Shown: one piece after another, positions 1 to 7,502 of the stretch
Layout: the number at the start of each line of letters is the position of its first letter
Numbering within the stretch: position 1 is the stretch's first letter
DNA from: a virus
DNA length: 28,555 nt
Virus record (IMG/VR): IMGVR_UViG_3300032073_000172
Location: 1-28,555 of that record
Strand: one strand, 5' to 3'
Translations under genes and position numbers: made by a program
Notes under the pieces: generated by a model
The model's database searches: none
Seen by the model: the letters and a program-made list of their open reading frames with translations, nothing else
Told to the model about the DNA's origin: nothing

Positions 1-127
1 CCTGTTTCTGCTTTTACTGCACCCAAAGCACTATCTATTACACCACTTGCGATTGCTCCTGCTCCAGAGGCTAAAAGAACATTAAGAGGAAAGGGTACAC
101 TTTTTAATATACTAGATACTAAACCAA
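1..127. repeat. Terminal overlap, copy A (identical to 28429-28555)
   Basis: Base-by-base comparison: cctgtttctgcttttactgcacccaaagc...atactagatactaaaccaa occurs at both window ends (127 bp). It lies inside a coding frame, not in non-coding DNA. Confidence 0.95.
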
Positions 128-1289
128 CTACAGCCTCCATTGACTCTGCTCTAACTATAGACTTCATAGCACTTTGTGCAGATTGACCAGAAAGTATTGC
201 ACCTCGCAATTCTTCTTCTAAATTCTGTTTTTTTATTCTACCTAACTCCATTTCTGATTTTACTCTATTCATAGTTGAATCAGCTAATTTAGAACCTTGT
301 TCAATTTCAGCATCCAAATCTAATTCAAATTTCTGTTTTTTTATTTCTTTTGTTGACTTATTCATTGCTTCCGCTAATATAAGTTGCTGATCCATTAACT
401 TTTGAACCTCTGGAGTTATTATAGGCATGGTACTTAATAAATCATTAATTTGATTGTTCATTTCAAGTAATGAATAAAATCCTAATTCATCAGTAACTTT
501 TTTAAAATCTTCCATTTGTGTATTTAACAACTGAAATTCAGCAGATGCTAAAGAATTACCATCTATAATATCAGAAAAATTATTTACTAAACTTCCTGTT
601 GCATTGGCTAAAGACGCTATATTACTTGCAACGCTTATTACTACAGGAGCAAGTAAGCTACCTATAGCCTCTCCTGCATCACCTACTGCATTTTTCATTT
701 GCTCTATAGAACCTGCAAGTGTTTGAGCCTGTGCTGATGCTTGTCCACCAAATAGCCTAGCAACATTATTTGTAAGTGATTCTAATCTTTCTGTACTCCC
801 AACTGCACCACTTACCTCTATTCCATACCTAGACATAGCATTTGTAGATGATCCTAATGTTTTTGCAACTAAATCACCTGCACTTTTTAAATCCATTCCC
901 ATAGCTACAGCTATATCTAAAGTTGCAGAAGTAGCTTTTTTTATTTGTTCTTCATTCTTTATAAATGCACCTATAGATGCTTGTACACCTATTATTGCCT
1001 CATCTCCGAAAGTGGTCATCTTTTGAAGTGCTGTTGCTTGGTCTAATAAAGACTTTGATGTTTTACCTAAAGCGACTTCTAGCTTTTTTTCTGCTTGTTC
1101 TTGCTCACCTGCTAATGTAATAACAGAACTAAAACCTGCTATTAAACCTTTAGCACCAAAGTAAGCAGTAGATGCAATCCCAACAGCTTTGCCCATTTTA
1201 CCAATAGCACCAGATACACCCTTTAATTCGTTCTGTGCTTTTTTAGCACCTTGTGCTGTTACTTTTATATTAACTTTTTGATCTGCCAT
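1..1289 (-). CDS. Tape measure protein, N-terminal 429 codons. The ORF leaves the window start and resumes at 28428->28221 on the circular map, 498 aa in total.
   Basis: ATG at 1289-1287 with AGGA 7 nt upstream. The frame is open to base 1. Translation starts MADQKVNIKVTAQGAKKAQNELKGVSGAIGKMGKAVG and is Ala/Gly/Ser/Gln-rich. The codon phase at bases 2/1 equals the phase of ORF 28221..28454 through the overlap (codon 28430-28428). It lies directly downstream of the frameshifting chaperone pair. Confidence 0.8.
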   Translation of the reverse strand, partial: MADQKVNIKVTAQGAKKAQNELKGVSGAIGKMGKAVGIASTAYFGAKGLIAGFSSVITLAGEQEQAEKKLEVALGKTSKSLLDQATALQKMTTFGDEAIIGVQASIGAFIKNEEQIKKATSATLDIAVAMGMDLKSAGDLVAKTLGSSTNAMSRYGIEVSGAVGSTERLESLTNNVARLFGGQASAQAQTLAGSIEQMKNAVGDAGEAIGSLLAPVVISVASNIASLANATGSLVNNFSDIIDGNSLASAEFQLLNTQMEDFKKVTDELGFYSLLEMNNQINDLLSTMPIITPEVQKLMDQQLILAEAMNKSTKEIKKQKFELDLDAEIEQGSKLADSTMNRVKSEMELGRIKKQNLEEELRGAILSGQSAQSAMKSIVRAESMEAVVGLVSSILKSVPFPLNVLLASGAGAIASGVIDSALGAVKAET

Positions 1290-1698
1290 CTTTTTCCTGT
1301 TTATGTCTTATTACTGATGCGAGTTCATTCTTAATGATAGTAAAGTAATCCAATTTAATTGCATCAGTTTTATTAAGTGTTTTTCCAAGTGGAATATTAT
1401 AGTCTTTGACATAGTGATATTCATTGATAATAGCAAAGTGATGTTCATCCAATACATATTGAGGATTAGCAAATAATGGCACAAGATAGTATAATTCCTG
1501 TCCAAGAGTTCGCTTTGGATCATGTGCATCAACGACATCTTTAATTGTTTGCCAAATATCATCTATAGTATTATAATCCCTTGTTTTCCGAGTGATGGGG
1601 TTCAAGCATGAGTAGGGGAGGATTAATTGCTCGTGTTCGTCTGGCTGTAAAAACCAATACCACACAGCATAACTTAAACCCCATCGGATTTTTTTTGA
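1270..1698 (-). CDS. Tail assembly chaperone, T-like extension frame, probably expressed as a G-T fusion by -1 frameshift from 1674..1958
   Basis: The frame is open from 1698 (TAA at 1701-1699). The only in-frame start is GTG at 1665, with no RBS. It is the -1 frame relative to the upstream ORF and overlaps that ORF's last 8 codons across an A8 run. It ends 20 nt inside the tape measure gene. Confidence 0.65.
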   Translation of the reverse strand, partial: SKKIRWGLSYAVWYWFLQPDEHEQLILPYSCLNPITRKTRDYNTIDDIWQTIKDVVDAHDPKRTLGQELYYLVPLFANPQYVLDEHHFAIINEYHYVKDYNIPLGKTLNKTDAIKLDYFTIIKNELASVIRHKQEKDGRSKS

Positions 1699-1958
1699 TT
1701 ATCACTCAGACCTAAATACTCACTCATTATATTAGTAAGTATCTTCAACTGCACTTCATAATCATATTCTTCAAGTGCTGTATCTGGGTTGTTAAAGGCA
1801 ATCTCTGCTGTATGTCCTAATAATAGATTAAATGCCTTCTGTGAGACATTATCTGTTCCATTAGCATATACATCTGCAAACTCACCCTGTAATCCTAACC
1901 TATCAACATAGTTAATAGGCTTAATCTGAATGGTGTAACCATCTACTTCTATCTTCAT
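1674..1958 (-). CDS. Tail assembly chaperone (lambda gpG-like by position)
   Basis: ORF track, 94 aa, acidic. It lies between the putative tube gene and the tape measure. It ends ...CAA AAA AAA TCC GAT GGG GTT TAA, which contains a slippery heptamer. Confidence 0.7.
   Translation of the reverse strand: MKIEVDGYTIQIKPINYVDRLGLQGEFADVYANGTDNVSQKAFNLLLGHTAEIAFNNPDTALEEYDYEVQLKILTNIMSEYLGLSDNQKKSDGV
1689..1696 (-). promoter_or_regulatory. Programmed -1 ribosomal frameshift slippery site (A AAA AAA within an A8 run)
   Basis: Minus strand reads tcAAAAAAAAtcc. The 0 frame is CAA AAA AAA TCC. Slipping back 1 nt reads AAA AAA ATC CGA TGG..., which is exactly the frame of 1270..1698. Confidence 0.65.
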
Positions 1959-1973
1959 TTCCTCCCCCTTCTA

Positions 1974-2996
1974 TTAACAGCTTACTTCAAATAGTGCTGT
2001 GCTAGAACCAATTCCTGCACCTACAGCCTTAACAGATGCGTTTAACATCATTAAACCTGCATCACTAAAGCTAACATCTGTAAGAACTGAACTAGCAAAC
2101 TTAAACTCAAACTCACCATTAGATGGTGTTGTATCAGTAGCCATTAATGTAGCACCTTCAGATGCTCCTGTTACTTGGTCATTAAAGTTTTCAAACATTG
2201 CTGAAGTATTACTATCATACACACAAGTAAACTCTGCTGTTGCACTTATTTCACCTGCCCTTGTTACACTTTCAAACCCTGTTGCTGTAAGTCCTACAAA
2301 TTCAACATCATTTGTAATGTTTAAACTAAAAGATGAAAGTATTACATCAGCGTGACCTGCTATTATTCTGTCATCAGCATCCCAATTACTCATATAGTAG
2401 TTATTAGCAGTTATAGCTGTGTCTATTGTAGTAGTAGAGCCTGTTAAATCTGATGCTAGACTTCCTGTCTTAAAAGTAGCAGAGAACTTTATTCTGCCCC
2501 CTTCTGTATTTGCATCACCATTAAAACTAAGAGCAGTACATAAAACATCTTTAAATGCTAAATCTGCATTAGTTCCATAAGCTGACTTATAGATTACAGA
2601 TAAAAGCTGTTGGTCTGTTTGGTTTACAGTTGCAGATGTTAATGTACTTGTTCCTGCATTACTTGCTACAGAATAAGGTACACTTGCACTTCCTGTTATA
2701 TTACTAAGTAATAAATCAAGTCCTTCAGTTGTTGCTGTTCCAGATACACTAAACTCTTTTACAGAGCCTTTAATATCTTGAAAAAAGTCTGTAGCCTGTA
2801 AGACACGACTTCCAGAGCGATGCTCTAATCCTTGATTAACATTTAAAGATGGAGTACCGATTGAATCCACATCAAGAGCAATATATGGGTTATCTGGTGA
2901 ACCACCACTATTAGGGTTTAATGTTCCCCAATCATCTTGCTCTGCAATTAGGAACGAGAATTGTTTTGGAGAAAATGCCTGTGTTGCTATAGCCAT
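1974..2996 (-). CDS. Putative major tail (tube) protein
   Basis: ORF track, 340 aa, Ser/Thr/Gly/Ala-rich beta-type sequence. It lies immediately upstream of the chaperone pair and tape measure, the conserved slot for the tube protein. Assignment is by position and general sequence character only. Confidence 0.6.
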   Translation of the reverse strand: MAIATQAFSPKQFSFLIAEQDDWGTLNPNSGGSPDNPYIALDVDSIGTPSLNVNQGLEHRSGSRVLQATDFFQDIKGSVKEFSVSGTATTEGLDLLLSNITGSASVPYSVASNAGTSTLTSATVNQTDQQLLSVIYKSAYGTNADLAFKDVLCTALSFNGDANTEGGRIKFSATFKTGSLASDLTGSTTTIDTAITANNYYMSNWDADDRIIAGHADVILSSFSLNITNDVEFVGLTATGFESVTRAGEISATAEFTCVYDSNTSAMFENFNDQVTGASEGATLMATDTTPSNGEFEFKFASSVLTDVSFSDAGLMMLNASVKAVGAGIGSSTALFEVSC

Positions 2997-3187
2997 TATT
3001 TCTTATCCTTTTTTTTAGGTTTTAATTTTACTTCTTTAACATATTTTTCAGCTTTTTTCGGAATCCGTTCAACTTCTACCTCTTCACCATCATTAAGCTG
3101 TTTTACAACTTCTGGATCATAAGCACCTTTATTAAAACAGATACCTAAAGCATCTCTAATAGGTTCTTTTATTAATTTTATTTTCAA
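2996..3187 (-). CDS. Hypothetical protein, 63 aa, with a Lys-rich C-terminus
   Basis: ORF track. Its stop shares one base with the next ATG (2996), and its start overlaps the upstream stop by 4 nt. Confidence 0.55.
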   Translation of the reverse strand: MKIKLIKEPIRDALGICFNKGAYDPEVVKQLNDGEEVEVERIPKKAEKYVKEVKLKPKKKDKK

Positions 3188-3603
3188 TTTGTTACCTCAT
3201 ATCCTATACAACTAAAAGTTATTAATGCTCTTACTTTGGTTTCATCTTCTTCATCTCTTTGATATTCAACTGATTCAACCTCACCACCAGACCAGACTGC
3301 ATTATTGTTTGCATTGTTATCTGGTGCAAATAAACGCTTAATATGCTCTGCTACATTTGCAACCTGTTTAAAGGTGTTTTCTGTGTAATTGCCACCAGAT
3401 GTAAGTTCATACGATATTAAGACTGTGTACTGCCTATTTTGCCCATTTGTGAGTATCTCTAGCAGATTATCGCTGATAGGTTCTATATATACAGAATGAT
3501 TTCCTTGATGTCCATCCATATAGATAGGCAAAGCCATCTCTTTCGCCACAATGTGATGAACTTGGTCTATTACTTCAAATATCTTATTAGAGTAATCTAT
3601 CAT
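3184..3603 (-). CDS. Hypothetical virion protein, possibly neck or tail-terminator/completion
   Basis: ORF track, 139 aa. It has 4-nt overlaps on both sides and sits between an adaptor-like gene and the tube gene. The functional guess is positional. Confidence 0.5.
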   Translation of the reverse strand: MIDYSNKIFEVIDQVHHIVAKEMALPIYMDGHQGNHSVYIEPISDNLLEILTNGQNRQYTVLISYELTSGGNYTENTFKQVANVAEHIKRLFAPDNNANNNAVWSGGEVESVEYQRDEEDETKVRALITFSCIGYEVTN

Positions 3604-4586
3604 ATTCGTTCTATATAAGCTGTTTTAATTGGTGTGTCACTTTGCCCTATCTCTCCAGATATTTCCATCTCCCAAGTATCGTTTAAGGTAAGTACACCTG
3701 CTGAAAAGCGTACATACATACCCCTACCGACATGATCCCATCCACCTGTTACTATCTCATCTTCTACCATCTCATCTACTTGTAGACCTTCTGAACTACT
3801 TCCAAAAGTAGAGTATTTAATTGTGGATTCTGTTCCTCTGGTAAGTGTACCTGCTGTTGTGATTTTTATCTTAATTAAATCCCACCTAGCTGTAGGTCTA
3901 CCACGCACATCAACAATATCTGAGGTTGTAGAACCATTTACTGATACCCTTCTTACAATCCCCTTATTCTTTTGTAAGGATTCTTGTTGGCTTATGCTTA
4001 TCTCACCTCTGCGAATCATATCTAACCAACCTGTTCCCTCTGGGTTAGATACCTTACTAGCTAATCTTTCAGATAGTTCATCATCATAAGGTGCAGTAAT
4101 AAAGGATGCAACCATGTGTGCTGTACTCATTACAATTATTTCTGGGTAATCATTCCCTGTTGCTGATGCACTTCCGACTCCCTTGCGTGGGTATATCGGC
4201 ATCCCTGCCATACTTCTAACAAAATCACTCGCCCTTGAGATGTTTTTAGTAAGGTTAGCATCTTGATCCTCACCAAACTCCCAGACACTTCCGTTAAGTG
4301 TATTTGCACTTCCACCACCTATGTAATACTCTAACCTACCATCAGCCTCTACATATCTCCATTGATTATCTGATGATGGTTGTGAGCCATGTTCAGCACC
4401 TAAGTCCTGCCCATCTTTAAATAGTACAGAATACCCAGAACCTGCTGAGTAGTTATAAAATAAATGACTTGTTCCACTAGCCACCCAATTCGGTGGTAAT
4501 ATAGATCGTTGCGAATATTTTGCCATCTCTGGTAAAACTTGAGCAACATCAGCCTGTGAACAATATGATGCCTCGTATGTACTCAT
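3600..4586 (-). CDS. Hypothetical virion protein, possibly a head-tail adaptor with a C-terminal extension
   Basis: ORF track, 328 aa. The N-terminus MSTYEASYCSQADVAQVLPEM resembles, from memory, the opening of DUF1320/Mu gp36-type adaptors. It is the first gene of the neck/tail block. Confidence 0.45.
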   Translation of the reverse strand: MSTYEASYCSQADVAQVLPEMAKYSQRSILPPNWVASGTSHLFYNYSAGSGYSVLFKDGQDLGAEHGSQPSSDNQWRYVEADGRLEYYIGGGSANTLNGSVWEFGEDQDANLTKNISRASDFVRSMAGMPIYPRKGVGSASATGNDYPEIIVMSTAHMVASFITAPYDDELSERLASKVSNPEGTGWLDMIRRGEISISQQESLQKNKGIVRRVSVNGSTTSDIVDVRGRPTARWDLIKIKITTAGTLTRGTESTIKYSTFGSSSEGLQVDEMVEDEIVTGGWDHVGRGMYVRFSAGVLTLNDTWEMEISGEIGQSDTPIKTAYIERI

Positions 4587-4808
4587 TTAAGCCTCGTTAT
4601 GGTTAAAGTCTAAAACTTCAAACTCTGTTAAGTTCTGTAACCTATAAATAAGTTCAGCTAACTCGCCTGTAGTCCTAGAACTTGGTGATATTAAATCTGT
4701 TAATGATATTTCTTTAGATAACTCTATACACTTATTTAAGCTATCAAATGTATTTGCTAACTCTAATTCTTCGTTAAATACTTGCATAAACTTTGTATTC
4801 TTATCCAT
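4587..4808 (-). CDS. Hypothetical protein, 73 aa, acidic
   Basis: ORF track. It abuts the next gene (4587/4586) and overlaps the upstream gene by 8 nt. Confidence 0.55.
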   Translation of the reverse strand: MDKNTKFMQVFNEELELANTFDSLNKCIELSKEISLTDLISPSSRTTGELAELIYRLQNLTEFEVLDFNHNEA

Positions 4809-5565
4809 TTATTACTTCTCCCCAGACAGTTGCCTGTCCTTTTACTATTTCAATAGTTTCTACTTGAAAGTTTCCTCTAGGTTTATCAAACCATGTAACA
4901 ATACCAAACGCATGATTCCAATTATGTAAACGACCTCTTAGCCATTTGTTTTTTTCTGCACTCATATCCTTTAAACAACCCATAGACCACGCTCCTATTG
5001 TACCAGAATCCAATTTAGTAAGCGAATGGCGTTGTATATCATGGGTATGCCCATATATAATGTTAGCTCCATAAGCCTCCAGATGTTTCTTCGCATGATA
5101 TGTAGTAGCGTATGCTCCATGTATAAAATTAACTTTACCTAATTTTAAAGGTTGATTGTAACTCAAGTATTTATAACCTCTGTCATCCCATCTACACGCT
5201 TTTCTAAAGGTGTAATCCTTCATATATGGGTATTTCTCAACAAACCCATAAGTAAGCCACTCATCATGATTTCCTGCACAAATATAGCGTTCTACGCACC
5301 CTATTTTATCAAGTACAGCATCAAACTGATCTATACCTTCATTGACTTGTTTAATCTCTTCATCAATTAAAGGTAGTTGATACTCTAATGGTGGTGTCTT
5401 AACCTTTTTATATCTGAACGGACTGCTGTGTTCCCACTCTCCCACATCACCTAAGTTTATAAATATTTCTGGTTTTATAAGTTCTAAGGCTTGTAAAACA
5501 ACATTTACAGCACTCTGATCATGTATCGGAAAGTGTTGGTCTGGTATTACTATTGCTCTTTTCAA
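4801..5565 (-). CDS. Calcineurin-fold metallophosphoesterase (Mre11/SbcD/CpdA-type motif set, not PPP protein-phosphatase type)
   Basis: All five motifs are present in order: VIPDQHFPIHD (DxH), NLGDVGEW (GD), AGNHDEW (GNHD), FIHGAY (H), YGHTHD (GHxH). It lacks the GDxHG/GDxVDRG signature of lambda-type Ser/Thr phosphatases. TTG start at 5565 with GGTGGGGGAG upstream. Confidence 0.8.
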   Translation of the reverse strand: MKRAIVIPDQHFPIHDQSAVNVVLQALELIKPEIFINLGDVGEWEHSSPFRYKKVKTPPLEYQLPLIDEEIKQVNEGIDQFDAVLDKIGCVERYICAGNHDEWLTYGFVEKYPYMKDYTFRKACRWDDRGYKYLSYNQPLKLGKVNFIHGAYATTYHAKKHLEAYGANIIYGHTHDIQRHSLTKLDSGTIGAWSMGCLKDMSAEKNKWLRGRLHNWNHAFGIVTWFDKPRGNFQVETIEIVKGQATVWGEVING

Positions 5566-5725
5566 AAAACTATCTTCTCCCCCACCTTTTTTTAGGTTTT
5601 TTAGGACATTTACTTAAAAGTTCTATCCTATTTTCACTTGTGGCTAACCCACAATAACTAAAATCTTGTTCTTTAGTGCTAAATGCACAAACTCGGTCTA
5701 TTTTTACACAATAATTAAACAATTA

Positions 5726-6103
5726 TTATAGAATCTCTATATGAACCAAATCATCAAATTTATTATCTTTAATTTCACCATCAGAATCCCAATCCCCACC
5801 CCATCTAACATAGTAACCTAGTTGCTTTGCTATTCCTCTTATCATACCACCCATATAATGAAAACGCTCCCTATCTTCCCAATTTATTGGATATGGTGCA
5901 AGGTCTACAGCTTTACCTTCAAGGTGTTTACTATATTTAGTCTTAGTAGCACCCTTTTTAAGTAATTCTTCCTGTCTTTCTGGTGACCTTATGCCTTCAA
6001 TAATAGTAACATCCATTATATCAATAAGTTTATCTAAGACCTCTCTTAATCTAGGATCAATACCTACCATTCTTTGCTTTGACCTGTTCCCAAATTTTGG
6101 CAT
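5726..6103 (-). CDS. Peptidase M15 (VanY / L-alanyl-D-glutamate peptidase type) cell-wall hydrolase, probable endolysin
   Basis: SKHLEGKAVD matches the LAS/M15 zinc-site consensus SxHxxGxAxD. A second His lies in DDLVHIE. 125 aa with no signal peptide. Its ATG shares a base with the upstream stop (TAATG). Confidence 0.85.
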   Translation of the reverse strand: MPKFGNRSKQRMVGIDPRLREVLDKLIDIMDVTIIEGIRSPERQEELLKKGATKTKYSKHLEGKAVDLAPYPINWEDRERFHYMGGMIRGIAKQLGYYVRWGGDWDSDGEIKDNKFDDLVHIEIL

Positions 6104-6195
6104 TACTTTTTCTTTCTTTTAATAGGTTTAAACATTGTTTTTTTCTTCTTAGAAGGTCTACCCCTCTTTTTATATGTACCCTTTCCGTAAGGCAT
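6103..6195 (-). CDS. 30-aa hyper-basic peptide with an AT-hook core (not in ORF track)
   Basis: Hand translation gives MPYGKGTYKKRGRPSKKKKTMFKPIKRKKK. KKRGRPSKK is a canonical AT-hook (RGRP flanked by K/R). Both ends are coupled by TAATG overlaps (6197-6193 and 6105-6101), so it exactly fills the gap between two genes. Confidence 0.6.
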   Translation of the reverse strand: MPYGKGTYKKRGRPSKKKKTMFKPIKRKKK

Positions 6196-6476
6196 TATTT
6201 TCTCCTAGTTTTAGATGGACTCCATTTAACACGATTTGCCCAATATGCTCCAGACATCTTGCCCCTTGCTATATTCTTAGCATGTCTAGCTTTAAATGCT
6301 CTGCGTTGTGCAGGAGTTTGATTAGTTCTTACCCCTTGCTGACCAAACCTTATTAACTTAGTCCTTGTGCCAACTTTAGCCAGAACCATGTGCGATTTAG
6401 TTTTATGTCGTGGTGTTCTTTTAGGTTTGTTAAAACCCTTAAGACCAAAGCGTTTAATTCTAGGATCACGAGCCAT
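6195..6476 (-). CDS. Hypothetical highly basic protein, 93 aa
   Basis: ORF track: MARDPRIKRFGLKGFNKPKRTPRHKTKSH...RRAFKARHAKNIARGKMSGAYWANRVKWSPSKTRRK, with a very high Arg/Lys content. Its ATG shares one base with the upstream stop. Confidence 0.7.
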   Translation of the reverse strand: MARDPRIKRFGLKGFNKPKRTPRHKTKSHMVLAKVGTRTKLIRFGQQGVRTNQTPAQRRAFKARHAKNIARGKMSGAYWANRVKWSPSKTRRK

Positions 6477-6712
6477 TACTTTTTAGCTAAATCTTCAAGT
6501 ATATCAGTAACCCAATCTATTAACTTTTCTAACAGTTCCTGTTCCTGCTCTTCATTTAAGAAAGGAAGATTTAATTTCTTATTTATTTTTGTAGCTAATT
6601 CTTCTTTTAACTCATCTGATTGTACATAACCAATAAACTCATCTTGATATTCTTCTACAATGTGGTCTTTAGCTTTGTCTATAATCTTTGCTAATACTAC
6701 TTTTTTCAACAT
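6476..6712 (-). CDS. Hypothetical acidic helical protein, 78 aa
   Basis: ORF track, Glu/Asp/Leu/Lys-rich. Its ATG directly follows the TAG of the preceding micro-ORF. Confidence 0.65.
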   Translation of the reverse strand: MLKKVVLAKIIDKAKDHIVEEYQDEFIGYVQSDELKEELATKINKKLNLPFLNEEQEQELLEKLIDWVTDILEDLAKK

Positions 6713-6850
6713 CTATAACTCCCTTTTGATTTTATATCCTAAATAAATAATAGTCATAATAGCCACTAAACATTGTAAGAATAAACTTACCTCTGATAGT
6801 GATAAACCATAATTAAATAAACTTGCAAATGATACTTTTAAACTATCCAT
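6713..6850 (-). CDS. 45-aa single-pass membrane peptide (not in ORF track)
   Basis: Hand translation gives MDSLKVSFASLFNYGLSLSEVSLFLQCLVAIMTIIYLGYKIKREL. Its ATG overlaps the upstream TAA (TAATG at 6852-6848). Its TAG (6715-6713) abuts the next ATG (6712). Confidence 0.6.
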   Translation of the reverse strand: MDSLKVSFASLFNYGLSLSEVSLFLQCLVAIMTIIYLGYKIKREL

Positions 6851-7122
6851 TAAAGATTTTCCTTTAACTCTTCAATATCTTCTAAAATAAATTCCAAAAT
6901 AATATCCTGCCTTACATCAGAAGGTATAGGATCATCCTGTGCATCTTTCATTTCTTTGATATAACTTGCTGTACGCTGACTCTCAACCTCTAAGAATTGT
7001 AATCTAGTGTTTAATTGTCCATAGCCATATACTAACGCACCAATAAACCCAACTGCCTGTATAATCATAGGTAGAGAGATTTTTAAACTACTTGAATCTG
7101 ATATGCCTTTAGGTTCTGGCAT
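6850..7122 (-). CDS. Bitopic membrane protein (TM + acidic helical tail), holin/spanin-class candidate
   Basis: ORF track, 90 aa. TM segment LPMIIQAVGFIGALVYGYG is followed by QLNTRLQFLEVESQ... It shares one base with the upstream stop. Confidence 0.65.
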   Translation of the reverse strand: MPEPKGISDSSSLKISLPMIIQAVGFIGALVYGYGQLNTRLQFLEVESQRTASYIKEMKDAQDDPIPSDVRQDIILEFILEDIEELKENL

Positions 7123-7457
7123 TACTTAGCGTTCCCATTTACTCTACCAGATAAGTAAGATACTTTTTCCTGTAAGTCTGATAGTTCTCTTATAATATCT
7201 TCTCTATGTCTTAAAGATGTATCATCAGATTTATTAAATCTATCTATAAGACGAATAATAATCTGTTTAGCCTCTTCTGTTTCTTTAAGTATCTCATATA
7301 TTTGTTTAGACTGCCCTTGATTTTCTATCTTTAAATCTTCTAATGATTTAGCCTGTTGGCTTGATCTTGTATTCATGCTATATACAAGAAACATAAACAT
7401 CGCTCCAACCACAGCAACCATTCCACCTTCACTATACAATTCCATAAACTCAGTCAT
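7122..7457 (-). CDS. Bitopic membrane protein (N-terminal TM + coiled coil), i-spanin/holin-class candidate
   Basis: ORF track, 111 aa. TM segment GGMVAVVGAMFMFLVYSM is followed by NTRSSQQAKSLEDLKIENQ... and a heptad-like Glu/Lys/Ile/Leu-rich tail. Confidence 0.65.
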   Translation of the reverse strand: MTEFMELYSEGGMVAVVGAMFMFLVYSMNTRSSQQAKSLEDLKIENQGQSKQIYEILKETEEAKQIIIRLIDRFNKSDDTSLRHREDIIRELSDLQEKVSYLSGRVNGNAK

Positions 7458-7502
7458 TTATATCTTAATTCCCTATTAATAAAAAATTCATGTGACACAT
7501 CA

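Noticed and set aside
1-127. The end duplication read as a biological direct terminal repeat, LTR or IS boundary
   Set aside because: It lies inside the tape-measure coding frame, which continues in phase across the join. There are no flanking inverted repeats or transposase genes. Its length equals a common maximum assembler k-mer.
1311-1562. Nested minus-strand ORFs in alternative frames (1311..1562, 4136..4318, 18086..18328)
   Set aside because: Each lies completely inside a longer ORF with better support (the chaperone T-frame, the 328-aa virion protein and terL with Walker motifs). They have no independent evidence.
1999-2355. Other plus-strand ORFs in the track: 1999..2355, 3823..4089, 5152..5370, 6079..6321, 6174..6356, 6390..6629, 8185..8442, 9036..9239, 9119..9331, 11005..11220, 15257..15439, 19366..19557, 21048..21248, 21566..21790, 23156..23341, 23230..23451, 23572..23808, 24685..24894 and 25978..26172
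   Set aside because: All lie entirely antisense to longer, motif-bearing or tightly tiled minus-strand genes. Their products are low-complexity or hydrophobic, and no RBS or operon context supports them.
5570-5722. 50-codon open frame in the 160-nt gap after the peptidase gene (TTG start; (M)FNYCVKIDRVCAFSTKEQDFSYCGLATSENRIELLSKCPKKPKKRWGRR)
   Set aside because: The only start is a TTG immediately after a double TAA, with no SD. I cannot distinguish it from non-coding spacer. It is worth rechecking with comparative data, but I do not call it a gene.
7458-7502. Palindrome ATGTGTCACAT followed by TTTTTT in the only sizeable gap inside the membrane-protein array, considered as an internal terminator
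   Set aside because: The arms are 5 bp with a 1-nt centre, so an RNA hairpin would have at most a 4-bp AT-rich stem. That is too weak to call a terminator. It may be nothing more than spacer.
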